IMG/VR virus record: IMGVR_UViG_3300036770_002724
Location: 1-64,000 of that record
Strand: one strand, 5' to 3'
DNA: 64,000 nt
From: a virus
Position 1 is the first letter of the stretch. Each line of letters opens with the position of its first letter. The position numbers and the translations under genes are program-made. A model generated the notes under the pieces. It ran no database searches and had not been told where the DNA came from. It was given only the letters and a program-made list of their open reading frames with translations. Below, piece after piece: positions 41,701-50,138 of this stretch.

Positions 41701-42771
41701 GAGCCTTCCCTGCTGGGTAAGCGACTCGCACAAGCCCTCTTTGCTAAGACCGTTCTGGCCAACCCTCTCCAAGTCGGGAGCCCCCTCAGTGCCGCCCCCT
41801 TGGCTGACGACCAGCTATCCAAGCGACGTGTGGACTCCATGAAGCACTTTGGCCAGATGTCCCCCGCGATTCGCTCGGAGGCCATGAAGAACATCCACCA
41901 GGAGATGACTCAGATCCCGGACGATAAGAGCGAAGCCTCGGAGGCTAAAAAAGCTGACCTCCAAGCTCGCCTCGTTGGACTCACCCTTGCCGCTGCCATG
42001 AAAGATGAACCTTGCTCGGCCAAGGTCGAGGGCGAATGGGGAGAAGAGGACAAAGAGCTACACCCCCCTATCCCTCCAGCTACCGTGAAGCTGTTGAAAG
42101 CCTTGGACAAGCAGGGTCAGTCTAGCTTGGTTCTTGATGCCGTCTCCGCGCGCGGGACTCCGAAAGGTCGTGAAGCCTTCGTGAAGGCGCTGGAGTCTAT
42201 GGGGGAGGATGGACTCCTCAGTTTTGCCAAGAGCGTGGATGCCTTTTCGGACATGGTGGATGTCCTGGAAGACTCCGATACGACCTCTCTGGTTCGCCTA
42301 AAGACCCAAGCGGTCCTCCAGGATCTCATCGTCAACCACTTGATGTTCGGAGACATGTTCACCCAAGACGCTCTCGACGAGTCCGATGAGCGCCGTCCCA
42401 AGAAACGTAAGCAGAAGTCTGACAAGATGAAGTCTGAGCCGAGCCCAAGGACCTTGAGGAAGATCAAGGATCTAAACAGTTGCATCAGGGACAAGGGCTT
42501 CACCAGCGAATGTGAGGTTCTTTCTCTGGATGTCGAAAAGACCGCCCTTGATGATCTTTTCAAGGACATTCTGCGTGACATCGGCAAGATCCCCAAAGGC
42601 AGTGAGGCCAGGGCTCAGATGGAAGCGTTCCAGCAGGAAGAGAACGTGGAGGACGCCCAAAAAATCTTGAAGACGCTGTTCGTACAGACGGGCGACCTCC
42701 CGTCTGGGGCACGGTCTCAGCCCACTAGAACCGCAGGACTAGAAGAACTGTGGGGCGATTATCTCCAATAA
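38734..42771 (+). CDS. Multidomain polyprotein-like ORF: ART-like domain, type IB topoisomerase, nucleotidyltransferase-like domain, tandem repeats, helical tail
   Basis: ART: MYR/SLTT/EKEVIL; Topo IB: RVGN, GKSG, KDLR, GH, QYL; NTase: LKGGAAR, RDFDF, RDFGVNEV; ATG 38734 with GAGG. Confidence 0.8.
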   Translation: MSIWLEAALDELHGPLSDWVHYGRSGSKRELFEAYDGLAPQAKMALAGAVRKAFGGSSKAIMYRRLKSSGEASRMGGMSLTTALPGYVEAEAFEVEADDVLVHHGVPGTPLSSKAFGHEKEVILKPTANPKSLGPVPANRTAARYKDKKQVPKADGKGKTTVYEYSDRQVALRNREKAKQVEKIRRSIGDLREQVRKDLKSKDEHTRNVALAVGLLDKTYERVGNEDSAKDGHVGVTGWKVKHLTVGKDKITIKYVGKSGVKHEKVVDNAASVAAIKKAIEGKKDDDLICGCSAEDVNEYLEPFDITAKDLRGYHANTEMQTRLKRIRSENGALPKNREERKETLKEEFDQALEETAEAVGHEPSTLRSQYLVPGLEDEFMKDGEVSQTLDKRGSSVKVALREGSGLSRIAGRIRTVPTPDSLVPSSVRSFFNRNQAVFDRYPDLWLKGGAARGTFVSWAFLKLFGARAEPKEARDFDFVTFSQEGPWEVEGESVEFASSVSAYMGSRDFGVNEVLLRPDRMVFSDKAWRDVLRLEISPRSVIEEDRYGRTGLRALLFVLELGFSPGKFIAEEIKKADTWNLLLHLFKAYEKGIEDDYFLYIKKSGGVLTERIATVDDWLIELVGATPHFSLRPYHKAILDKAKEMSNLGKDPFDSIPRSASESLLQHWFASSFDRVATKTEGEKENEEVERLVKPAPKTKPPRQDLRRNRMKVEDEDVERPSAESDRDLSLNYKKVAAELTARWYGVIPPRPKPPKPPPLPPRDPIPGWNPVTLDLAQKKSRKPGDVWRSKTPGRWLAMNSEETVHSFEDRSKAESFSQNGKRASNAEWLALRFADAPLNPTDHRPGDVWESERTPGRWLGKNPEGVSKSFDTKEEAQSFAKSEATSESEAPEDGDLQTKDTTPQEPPPPPSPEESISQMVKSLSNLEDEQIQSTLESFSDAERAKIAETFAQESETLRRAFEDGTLLGSDKDLKEVSEAFENPSSSVEPSLLGKRLAQALFAKTVLANPLQVGSPLSAAPLADDQLSKRRVDSMKHFGQMSPAIRSEAMKNIHQEMTQIPDDKSEASEAKKADLQARLVGLTLAAAMKDEPCSAKVEGEWGEEDKELHPPIPPATVKLLKALDKQGQSSLVLDAVSARGTPKGREAFVKALESMGEDGLLSFAKSVDAFSDMVDVLEDSDTTSLVRLKTQAVLQDLIVNHLMFGDMFTQDALDESDERRPKKRKQKSDKMKSEPSPRTLRKIKDLNSCIRDKGFTSECEVLSLDVEKTALDDLFKDILRDIGKIPKGSEARAQMEAFQQEENVEDAQKILKTLFVQTGDLPSGARSQPTRTAGLEELWGDYLQ

Positions 42772-42904
42772 AATGAGGGCTTGGGGGCGGGTACGATGGG
42801 CGTACTTGGTTTCCCGGTTTTCAATCTATACCAAGGGCGTACTAGCAGAGGATGCCTTTGCGCCTTCGGGTCGCAGTCCTCGGCCCAGCCCTAAAAAGGA
42901 GTCG

Positions 42905-43876
42905 ATGATGAGCAAGCTGACCAAGAAAGGCGCGCAGGCCGTGACGGCGGACCTTGATCGCCTCGCCAATCTGTTCCAGACGAACCACAAGGTGCTCGGT
43001 GTCCCCGCGCGTATCGCGACGGATTTCGCCTACCGGCTCGATCTTCTGTCGGACACCATCGAAAAGAAGGCGGGACTTCGTCGTACCGCCCTGACCGGCG
43101 ATGATGTTTTTCAGGAGTCGGGTTTCGATCCCGAGGCTATCGGGATGGAGCAGGACGGCCCCCTTGAGACCGTGGACTCGGACGAGCCCTGGATGGCGGG
43201 CGAGTTCACCGCCCAAGAGAACCGGGAGCTTCGCGAGCTTCAGCAGGCGGGAGCCCTTGGCCCCGAGGTCGTGGACGGTCCCCGTGCTCCGACTCCGGGG
43301 AAGCAGGCGGCGCTCGCTCGTCTGGATGCTGCCAACCGAAATCTTCTTCGCCTCGCGAAGACCTCGCCCCGTCTCGCCGGGGGTCTGACCCGTCTCGCGG
43401 CTCAGGTTCTCAATGTCAAGGCTGGCTACCTTGAGGGCCAGGTCTCGATGGGCCACGTCGCCAAGACCGTGAAGGCGGCGAAGCTCGCCGCCGAGCAGGT
43501 CGAGAAGTCTGAGGAGAAGGAAGCCGAGGAGAAGGAGCCGGGCGAGGAGAAGAAGGTCGCCAAGCTCGTCGCGATGGCTCACCGGATCGCTTCCAACACG
43601 CGCAAGGTTGCGAGGGTCGCGGATGCGTACATGCTCCTAGATTTCATGCAGAATTCTTGGGAGCACTACGAGTCCGTGTCTGAAGCGGTTCCACAAATCG
43701 TCAAACTTGGTTTCCCGTCTACCTTCGCCAAGGCTTTTCTCCAAGCGTGGGTGAAGAACCGTATTGGTTTGGTGCCGTTCAGGCAACGGACGAAAGCGGG
43801 AGCCAAGTTCATCGCAGATATGGCTTCGGAGCACGGGGTTCCCATCGATCCGGACTTCATCGTAGAGTGGGGCTGA
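42905..43876 (+). CDS. Hypothetical head-module protein, modular
   Basis: AAGGAG SD before ATG 42905/42908; K/R-x-A linkers. Confidence 0.75.
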   Translation: MMSKLTKKGAQAVTADLDRLANLFQTNHKVLGVPARIATDFAYRLDLLSDTIEKKAGLRRTALTGDDVFQESGFDPEAIGMEQDGPLETVDSDEPWMAGEFTAQENRELRELQQAGALGPEVVDGPRAPTPGKQAALARLDAANRNLLRLAKTSPRLAGGLTRLAAQVLNVKAGYLEGQVSMGHVAKTVKAAKLAAEQVEKSEEKEAEEKEPGEEKKVAKLVAMAHRIASNTRKVARVADAYMLLDFMQNSWEHYESVSEAVPQIVKLGFPSTFAKAFLQAWVKNRIGLVPFRQRTKAGAKFIADMASEHGVPIDPDFIVEWG

Positions 43877-43932
43877 GACGGGGCGGTTACAACCTGTCCG
43901 CTTGAACGTATGAACTTCGGCTGGGAGCCGCC

Positions 43933-44529
43933 ATGACCAAGCGTCTGTCGCGAAAAGTTGCCGTGGTGAACTACCAGAACCGGGCAAAGGATTTTGCCAT
44001 CGGTGACATGGTTTATCCTTACACCCAAGTCGGGGCTGGGATGAACCCCACGGCGTATTCGGGGCGTATCGTTGCCGTCTGGCCCGCTATCGGGATGGTG
44101 GACGTGGAGTTTCCCACGGGTAACACCCGGTTCCCGGTCGAAGAGCTACAAAAGACCCATTCCCAGGATGCTGTTCCGCCGAAGCCGACGGCGGATACTG
44201 TTCCGGGAGGGGCGGGTTCGGAGCCTGTCTCAGCGGGTCCGAAGGATGCGGATCCTGGTCAGAAGACCGCTTCTCGGATTGCATCTCGGGTGGCTCAGGC
44301 TTACGTCAAGAGGGCTCTCTACTGGGGGGCCTCTGACCGGCACTACCGGGCCACTCGGTCGGAGCTTGATCAGAACAGCTTTTGCTGTCCTCGATGTGAC
44401 AAGGAAAGCCTACTCCAAAAGGCTGTCTACAAGCGGGAGGATGGTCAGAGTGTCCGTCTCCTCGCCTGCAAGAAATGCCTGTTCCTGATCAAGCCCGACC
44501 AGATTCTCAACCACCCGACGGATGAATAG
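43933..44529 (+). CDS. Hypothetical protein with C-terminal Zn ribbon
   Basis: CPRC...CKKC; internal SRIASRVAQAY. Confidence 0.75.
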   Translation: MTKRLSRKVAVVNYQNRAKDFAIGDMVYPYTQVGAGMNPTAYSGRIVAVWPAIGMVDVEFPTGNTRFPVEELQKTHSQDAVPPKPTADTVPGGAGSEPVSAGPKDADPGQKTASRIASRVAQAYVKRALYWGASDRHYRATRSELDQNSFCCPRCDKESLLQKAVYKREDGQSVRLLACKKCLFLIKPDQILNHPTDE

Positions 44530-44538
44530 GGGAGAGGC

Positions 44539-47280
44539 ATGGCTTTCCTGAAGTACGCCAAGGCTGCGGTCGTCACCCCCTTCGTCACCCGGCAGCAGTG
44601 GACGAACGTCCGCGTCGCAGGTGAGTCGGCCAAGGTGGATCTTCCTTCCAACCTCGTCGAGAGGGCTGCTACCCTTTTTGACGAGCCCTTCGACCCCAAG
44701 AAGTACCTTTTGACCCACGCGACCATCGTCGCCTCCGTGGATGTCTTCGCCCCCAAAGGCGTGAAGGTCGGCAAGGTTCAGGAGGACGGCTTTCGGGTCA
44801 ATCGCAAGTACGCCGACTACAGGGTCAAGGCGGACTGCCAGAAGTACATCAACAACAACCGGGACTGTTGGTCCCGTGCTGTTCTTGCCAAATCCTACAA
44901 GACCTTCGTGGGGAGCCACAACTTCGTCGAGCACGTCCAGATTGAGGACTTGTCGAAGGGTCGTATCATCGACGCGGTGGCCCGGGACATCGGGGAGTCG
45001 ATTTACGTCGACATCTTGATTGCGACCGACCGTAAGCACAAGGATCTCGTCGAGGCCATCCAGTCGGGCAAGATGGGAACCCTGTCGATGGGCTGTTTCC
45101 TTCCTGGGACTCAGGTCACAATGGCGGACGGACGCCGTATTGCCATTGAGGATGTGCAGCCTGGCGATATGGTTTTGACCCACAAAGGTCGTTCGCGTGA
45201 GGTTCTGAATAAGCAGATCCGAGGCGGCAAGTGGGACATGCGGACGATCCACGCTGTCGGGCTGGCCTCCCCCATCACGTCCACCGGAAACCACCCCTAC
45301 TACGTCCTGCGCCCAGCCGAGGTTTGCGCTTGCGGGTGCGGTGAGGCGTTGCCCGTTTATGCCCCGGCGGTGAAGAAGCCGACAACCCGTAGCCTGACTC
45401 GACGGTTCAAGGTTGGGCACGACAAGCGCATCCTGAATCCAAACAACACCTACTCGATGGACGAGTTCAAGCGTCGGAAGGCGCAGATGAACGAGATCCA
45501 GAACCCCGATTTGGTGAAGGTTCGGGCTGATGAGCTTCGGGTCGGGGACTTCATCGCCTTTCCACGGGTGAAAGACGGGGAGCACACGGTCCCTGTTTCT
45601 GAGGGCAAGGCTCGCTTGCTGGGATACTTTTTGGCTGAAGGTAGCTTCAACAAGCGGAAGGGTCGTCGGACGACTGTGGTGTTCTCGTTCTCAATGGAGG
45701 AGAAGGACACCCTCGTCGCAGAGGTGGTTCGGCTGTTGGAACAAGAGTTCCCCGGCAAAAACAAGCCGTGGGTGCAAGATCGGGTCAAGCGGAACACCTG
45801 CGTGGTCCACCTGACCAGTCGCAAGGCGGCAGATTGGTTCCACAAGCACGGCGGCGAGTACAGCCACGGCAAGTGCCTGTCTGCTGACGCGATGAACTGG
45901 TCGCAGGAGAACCACAAGCATCTGATCGGAACGTGGCTCAATGGGGACGGTCACCGTGCCAAGGCTCACGGGGGGTTCCTCGTGGGTACCACCGTGTCAT
46001 TGGACCTCGCTAACCAGTTGCACGCCCTGATGGCGAAATGCGGCTGGTTTGCTCGCTTTGAAGCCCGCATTGGATCGAAGTCGATCACGGTAGCAGAGGC
46101 CATCAACGGTGGGGTCGCTGTTCGTGACGAGTCCACAGGACGCCTCCCGGCTTTCTTGTTGACCATCGGGAACACGCAATCGGTCGAGTTGCAAGGCTAC
46201 TGTGCTAAGGCTCCCGCCACGTCGAAGTACGGCAAACAGAACAATCGCGTCTTCGATGACTGGGTGATCAGCCCGATCACGGCTATTGGGGAGAGCACCT
46301 ACGAAGGTTGGGTTCACGATATGGAAGTGGACGAAGACCACACCTATGTCGCAGAGGGGGCTTCGGTTTCAAATTGTACGGTAGACGGTACGATATGTAC
46401 GAAGTGCGGCCACTGGGCTTCGGATGAGACGGAGATGTGCCCCCACGTCAAGTACGAGAAGGGGAATACCTTCTACGACAAGGAAGGTCGGAAGCACATC
46501 GTGGCAGAGCTTTGCGGTCACGAGGATCTGGACCCGACCGGAGGCGTGAAGTTCATCGAAGCCTCTTGGGTGGCGACTCCGGCGTTCACGGGCGCGGTTC
46601 TTAGGAACGTCCTGGAGCCGACCGTGGAGATTTCTCGCAAGGCTCAGAAGGTGCTATCCTCTCCCCCGAATCAGTGGGACGAGAGCGCCCGTAAGAAAGC
46701 GGCTTTCTCGCTTGACCAGAAGTCTCTGGAAGGTCGGGTAGAGGCCCGTCGCCGGGCACGGCTCGCTTCGATTTACGCCCAAGATGATGGGATGTCCGAC
46801 CCCTCTGAGGGGGGTGGTGAAGCTGCGAAGGCGGAGCCTGCGAGCCCCCTGAAGGACATTGAGGACCAGTTGACCCAGACCTTGCTCGACAAGGTGCGGA
46901 AGCGGGTCGAGGACACCATCAAGGATGACACCAAGCCTATGGGTCCGCCCGAGGCTTCGATTGCCACGAACGAAAGTCTCAGCAGGGTCGCTCACATCCC
47001 CGGTATGATCCGGGTTTACGAGCAAGGTCTACGGAAGCTCGCACGAACGGCCACTACGGATGTTGAGCTTGTGGACCGTATTGCGGATTATCACAAAGGA
47101 ATCGGTCTGGAAGTTCCCGTTTCTGTCTATAGAGCCTGCCTAAAGGTAGGTGCAGTAGGCAACTACGGGTCGCAACAGGAGTTCCTGTCGTCCTGCCGGA
47201 AGGCTCTCGGTCGAAACCCCACGAAGGTGGAAGCGGGAGTCCTCATCCGACTGGGAAAGCTCCTCTCCCACGTTGGGTGA
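44539..47280 (+). CDS. Prohead maturation protease precursor containing an intein
   Basis: Between portal and scaffold/MCP; FVEH and LSMG motifs; SFIEASW-type motif (KFIEASW) after the insertion. Confidence 0.75.
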   Translation: MAFLKYAKAAVVTPFVTRQQWTNVRVAGESAKVDLPSNLVERAATLFDEPFDPKKYLLTHATIVASVDVFAPKGVKVGKVQEDGFRVNRKYADYRVKADCQKYINNNRDCWSRAVLAKSYKTFVGSHNFVEHVQIEDLSKGRIIDAVARDIGESIYVDILIATDRKHKDLVEAIQSGKMGTLSMGCFLPGTQVTMADGRRIAIEDVQPGDMVLTHKGRSREVLNKQIRGGKWDMRTIHAVGLASPITSTGNHPYYVLRPAEVCACGCGEALPVYAPAVKKPTTRSLTRRFKVGHDKRILNPNNTYSMDEFKRRKAQMNEIQNPDLVKVRADELRVGDFIAFPRVKDGEHTVPVSEGKARLLGYFLAEGSFNKRKGRRTTVVFSFSMEEKDTLVAEVVRLLEQEFPGKNKPWVQDRVKRNTCVVHLTSRKAADWFHKHGGEYSHGKCLSADAMNWSQENHKHLIGTWLNGDGHRAKAHGGFLVGTTVSLDLANQLHALMAKCGWFARFEARIGSKSITVAEAINGGVAVRDESTGRLPAFLLTIGNTQSVELQGYCAKAPATSKYGKQNNRVFDDWVISPITAIGESTYEGWVHDMEVDEDHTYVAEGASVSNCTVDGTICTKCGHWASDETEMCPHVKYEKGNTFYDKEGRKHIVAELCGHEDLDPTGGVKFIEASWVATPAFTGAVLRNVLEPTVEISRKAQKVLSSPPNQWDESARKKAAFSLDQKSLEGRVEARRRARLASIYAQDDGMSDPSEGGGEAAKAEPASPLKDIEDQLTQTLLDKVRKRVEDTIKDDTKPMGPPEASIATNESLSRVAHIPGMIRVYEQGLRKLARTATTDVELVDRIADYHKGIGLEVPVSVYRACLKVGAVGNYGSQQEFLSSCRKALGRNPTKVEAGVLIRLGKLLSHVG
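45094..46374 (+). mobile_element. Intein (427 aa) with LAGLIDADG homing endonuclease
   Basis: Starts CFLPGTQVTMADG, block B THK...TGNHP, LLGYFLAEG and WLNGDG, ends HDMEVDEDHTY...VSN followed by +1 Cys. Confidence 0.93.
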
Positions 47281-47328
47281 GGGCGAATGGAACGCAACGC
47301 AGTCGCCATTCATGCAAAGGAGAATCAA

Positions 47329-49203
47329 ATGAGCATCAGGAAGCGCATGACTTGGGCGGGTCGCAAGGCGTCGAACCCTCCCGCTATGCCTGGCTACGGA
47401 ACCGAGGATCAGGATCACCCGGCGCACTACCCGGACCCTGCCGCTGACCTCTACGAGAACGGTGACACGGACTCGTGGGCGGAGACCCCGAAGCCCCCGC
47501 CCTACCCGCAGGGCAATCCCCCGGCGATGCCGGGTTACGACACTGAGGATCAGGATCACCCGGCTTATGTCCAGCAGCCGCGCGTTCCGAAGTCGGCGGC
47601 TCTTCGCGCCCGTATTGAGCGCAAGGCGGCGAAGTGCGCTCGCATCGCGCAGTCGATGCTCGGCCCCCAAGCCCCGATGGCGATGGTCGAGGACCAGTCG
47701 CTCGCCCTCATGGATCTCCCTGACTCGGAGATTGACGCGACCCTCGCTCGGATGAGCGGTGGGATGCTCATGGCCGAGGAGCACGAGGGTGGCGATGAAG
47801 AGGCCATGCTCGCGGAGATGATGGCTGAAGAGGGTGTTGAGGCCGAGGAGCACGAGGGTGGTGACGAAGAGGCCATGCTCGCGGAGATGATGGAAGAGGC
47901 CGGAGACGAGATGCTCGCGGGTCGTACTTGGGGCAACCCTTTCCCTCGTCGGACGCCCGATGACAACGTCCCTTATAACAAGCATCCCGGTTCGCCGCCC
48001 GCAGGGGCGAATGGTTCTCCGGAGCGGAAGAAGTACAACCAGTGGTTCCGTGAGAACGTCTGCCCGGATCACAAGACGAACTGCGGTATGCCGAAGAAGA
48101 AGACCGCTGAAGATGCCATGCTCGCTCAGATGATGATCGAGGAAGGCATGATGGCGGGCGATGAGGAAGGCATGGAGGCCGGAGACGACGGTCTCATGGC
48201 GTCCATGCTCGCGGAGATTGAGGCTCTTCAGGCTGAGAACCAGGCTCTCAAGGCGGGCAGGCGGGCCAATCAGAATGACCCCAAGGGTCCGACCCTTGGT
48301 GCCAAGTCCAAGTCGGTTGAACAGGCCGAGGCCGAGGCTATGGCCTTGGCCGATGAAGAGTTCAAGACCGCCGAGGACGAGTTGGACGCCGAAGAGGAGT
48401 CCATGCTCGCGGAGATGGTGAAGCAGGAGGCCAAGAAGGCTGCTCTTCGCCGTCGCGCCAAGAAGTCCGAGGAGGTCGAGTCCGAGGAGGTCGAGTCCGA
48501 GGACGAGGTCGAGGCCGAGGAGGAGGCCCCCAAGGCTTCCAAGAAGAAGGCCAAGAAGTCCGAGGAGGTCGAGTCCGAGGACGAGCATGAGGCCGAGGAC
48601 GAGGAGGCCCCCAAGGCTTCCAAGAAGAAGGCCAAGTCCTCGATGGGTTGTGGTGACTCTCCGGGCGCGATGTTCGCTATCGACGAGGAGGCCAACGACC
48701 CGATGGGTCTGATGGGCGAGGCCGAGATCCACGAGGGAGATGAGATGCTCCTGGCTGAAATCTTCGGCAAGAAGGCAGCCGAGGATGAGGTCGAGGCCGA
48801 GGACGAGGAGGCCCCCAAGGCTTCCAAGAAGAAGGCCAAGAAGTCCGAGGATGAGGTCGAGGCTGAAGAGGAAGAGGCGTCCGAGGAGGAAGTCGCTTCC
48901 AAGAAGGCGGCTCTCCGTGCGGCCCTCCTGCGTCGGGCAAAGGCCAAGAAGTCCGAGGATGAGGTCGAGGCCGAGGATGAGGTCGAGGCCGAGGATGAGG
49001 TCGAGGCCGAAGAGGCCAAGAAGGAGGCTCGCCGCCTAGCGGCGCGTCGCCAAGAGGCTCTCCGCCCGCAGCCCCGTAAGCCGAATCACGGGATCAAGAC
49101 CATTGGCGGGATGTCGCGTTCTGCCGGTTCGCGGAGCGAGGTCGGTGACCTGGAGAATCTCTGGGAGACCGCCCCGGACGTGAGCGCCGTCTTCGGCAAG
49201 TGA
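47329..49203 (+). CDS. Capsid scaffolding protein (acidic, internally repetitive)
   Basis: Between protease and MCP; Glu/Ala/Lys repeats; AAGGAG SD before ATG 47329. Confidence 0.75.
   Translation: MSIRKRMTWAGRKASNPPAMPGYGTEDQDHPAHYPDPAADLYENGDTDSWAETPKPPPYPQGNPPAMPGYDTEDQDHPAYVQQPRVPKSAALRARIERKAAKCARIAQSMLGPQAPMAMVEDQSLALMDLPDSEIDATLARMSGGMLMAEEHEGGDEEAMLAEMMAEEGVEAEEHEGGDEEAMLAEMMEEAGDEMLAGRTWGNPFPRRTPDDNVPYNKHPGSPPAGANGSPERKKYNQWFRENVCPDHKTNCGMPKKKTAEDAMLAQMMIEEGMMAGDEEGMEAGDDGLMASMLAEIEALQAENQALKAGRRANQNDPKGPTLGAKSKSVEQAEAEAMALADEEFKTAEDELDAEEESMLAEMVKQEAKKAALRRRAKKSEEVESEEVESEDEVEAEEEAPKASKKKAKKSEEVESEDEHEAEDEEAPKASKKKAKSSMGCGDSPGAMFAIDEEANDPMGLMGEAEIHEGDEMLLAEIFGKKAAEDEVEAEDEEAPKASKKKAKKSEDEVEAEEEEASEEEVASKKAALRAALLRRAKAKKSEDEVEAEDEVEAEDEVEAEEAKKEARRLAARRQEALRPQPRKPNHGIKTIGGMSRSAGSRSEVGDLENLWETAPDVSAVFGK
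48460..49020 (+). repeat. Coding tandem repeats in scaffold (EDEVEAE / EEAPKASKKKAKKS units)
   Basis: Repeated GAGGTCGAGGCCGAGGA and GCCCCCAAGGCTTCCAAGAAGAAGGCCAAG blocks, all in frame. Confidence 0.9.
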
Positions 49204-49221
49204 TCCGCTAGTCGGACCACT

Positions 49222-49270
49222 AAAAGCCCCTTGGACCTGATTTCTAGGTCCAAGGGGCTTTTTCTTTTCC
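49222..49270 (+). terminator. Rho-independent terminator after the scaffold gene
   Basis: 17-bp perfect stem AAAAGCCCCTTGGACCT / AGGTCCAAGGGGCTTTT followed by TCTTTT. Confidence 0.9.
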
Positions 49271-49430
49271 CTCTGACCCCCACCTTCGTTTTTCGTTCGA
49301 TACCGAGGACGTAGTGTTAGGCGAACCACGGAAACGTGTTTCGTCGAGCGAGGTCTTCTCTCCATGTCGGGGGGTATGGCCATAAACGAATCCACTTTCC
49401 TGTAAACAGGGAGCAACTCAGGAGGCGTAT

Positions 49431-50120
49431 ATGCCGTTGCTTGGACAGGCCAGTGGTGGTTGGACGGAGTCTTCGTCGGCTCTGCGACTGCTTCACGTCG
49501 GTATTCGCAATACCGTGGGCATCGTGACCGACGATAGCTTCACTCAGACCAACCCCCCGGCGATCACGACCGCTGCGACCATCTCGACCCGGATCAACCA
49601 GCGCAAGTTTGGTGTGCTCTCGGGCTCGGTGGCTTTCACCCGGGCGGATGCGGGTAGCAACTTCATCGGTGGTCCCGGCCTTGCCGCGACCCAGGTGGCG
49701 ATTGCTGCTAACAACGTCTGGTTCACTGGCTACCGGGCGCTGGGTTGCTTCATCAACTCGGCTACCGGCAACCCGTATGAGAACCTTCCGGCTCAGGCGT
49801 CGGGCAAGTGCCCTTATGTCTCGGCCCAAGGGACTTACGGCAACCGGACCTACGAGACCCAGGCCATCGCTTCGACCGGCGCTATCACGGCGGGCGACGC
49901 GCTGACCTACACCACGGGTCAGCCGCTCCTCGCCTCGCGCAACGGCTACATCCAGCCTGCGGCGATGGTGTTCGGCGGCGTCCTCGTGGACTTCAACGTC
50001 GTTGTGACCTCGGCGGAGTGCTTTGCGCGTACCGCCGCTGGCGTCGCGACCATCCTCGGCGTCGTGAAGATGCCGCCGGATGCAGTGCAGACCGAAGTCG
50101 TTTACGACCAGCGGATCTGA
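49431..50120 (+). CDS. Probable capsid decoration/stabilising protein
   Basis: GGAGG SD; small-residue-rich; immediately upstream of MCP; positional assignment. Confidence 0.55.
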   Translation: MPLLGQASGGWTESSSALRLLHVGIRNTVGIVTDDSFTQTNPPAITTAATISTRINQRKFGVLSGSVAFTRADAGSNFIGGPGLAATQVAIAANNVWFTGYRALGCFINSATGNPYENLPAQASGKCPYVSAQGTYGNRTYETQAIASTGAITAGDALTYTTGQPLLASRNGYIQPAAMVFGGVLVDFNVVVTSAECFARTAAGVATILGVVKMPPDAVQTEVVYDQRI

Positions 50121-50138
50121 GAAAGGAGATGGTTCGTC

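Noticed and set aside
48270-49019. Ser-rich - strand ORF and the repeat block as a possible CRISPR array or DNA repeat element
   Set aside because: Repeats are in-frame multiples of 3 with synonymous variation and no unique spacers; they are the antisense of the scaffold Glu repeats
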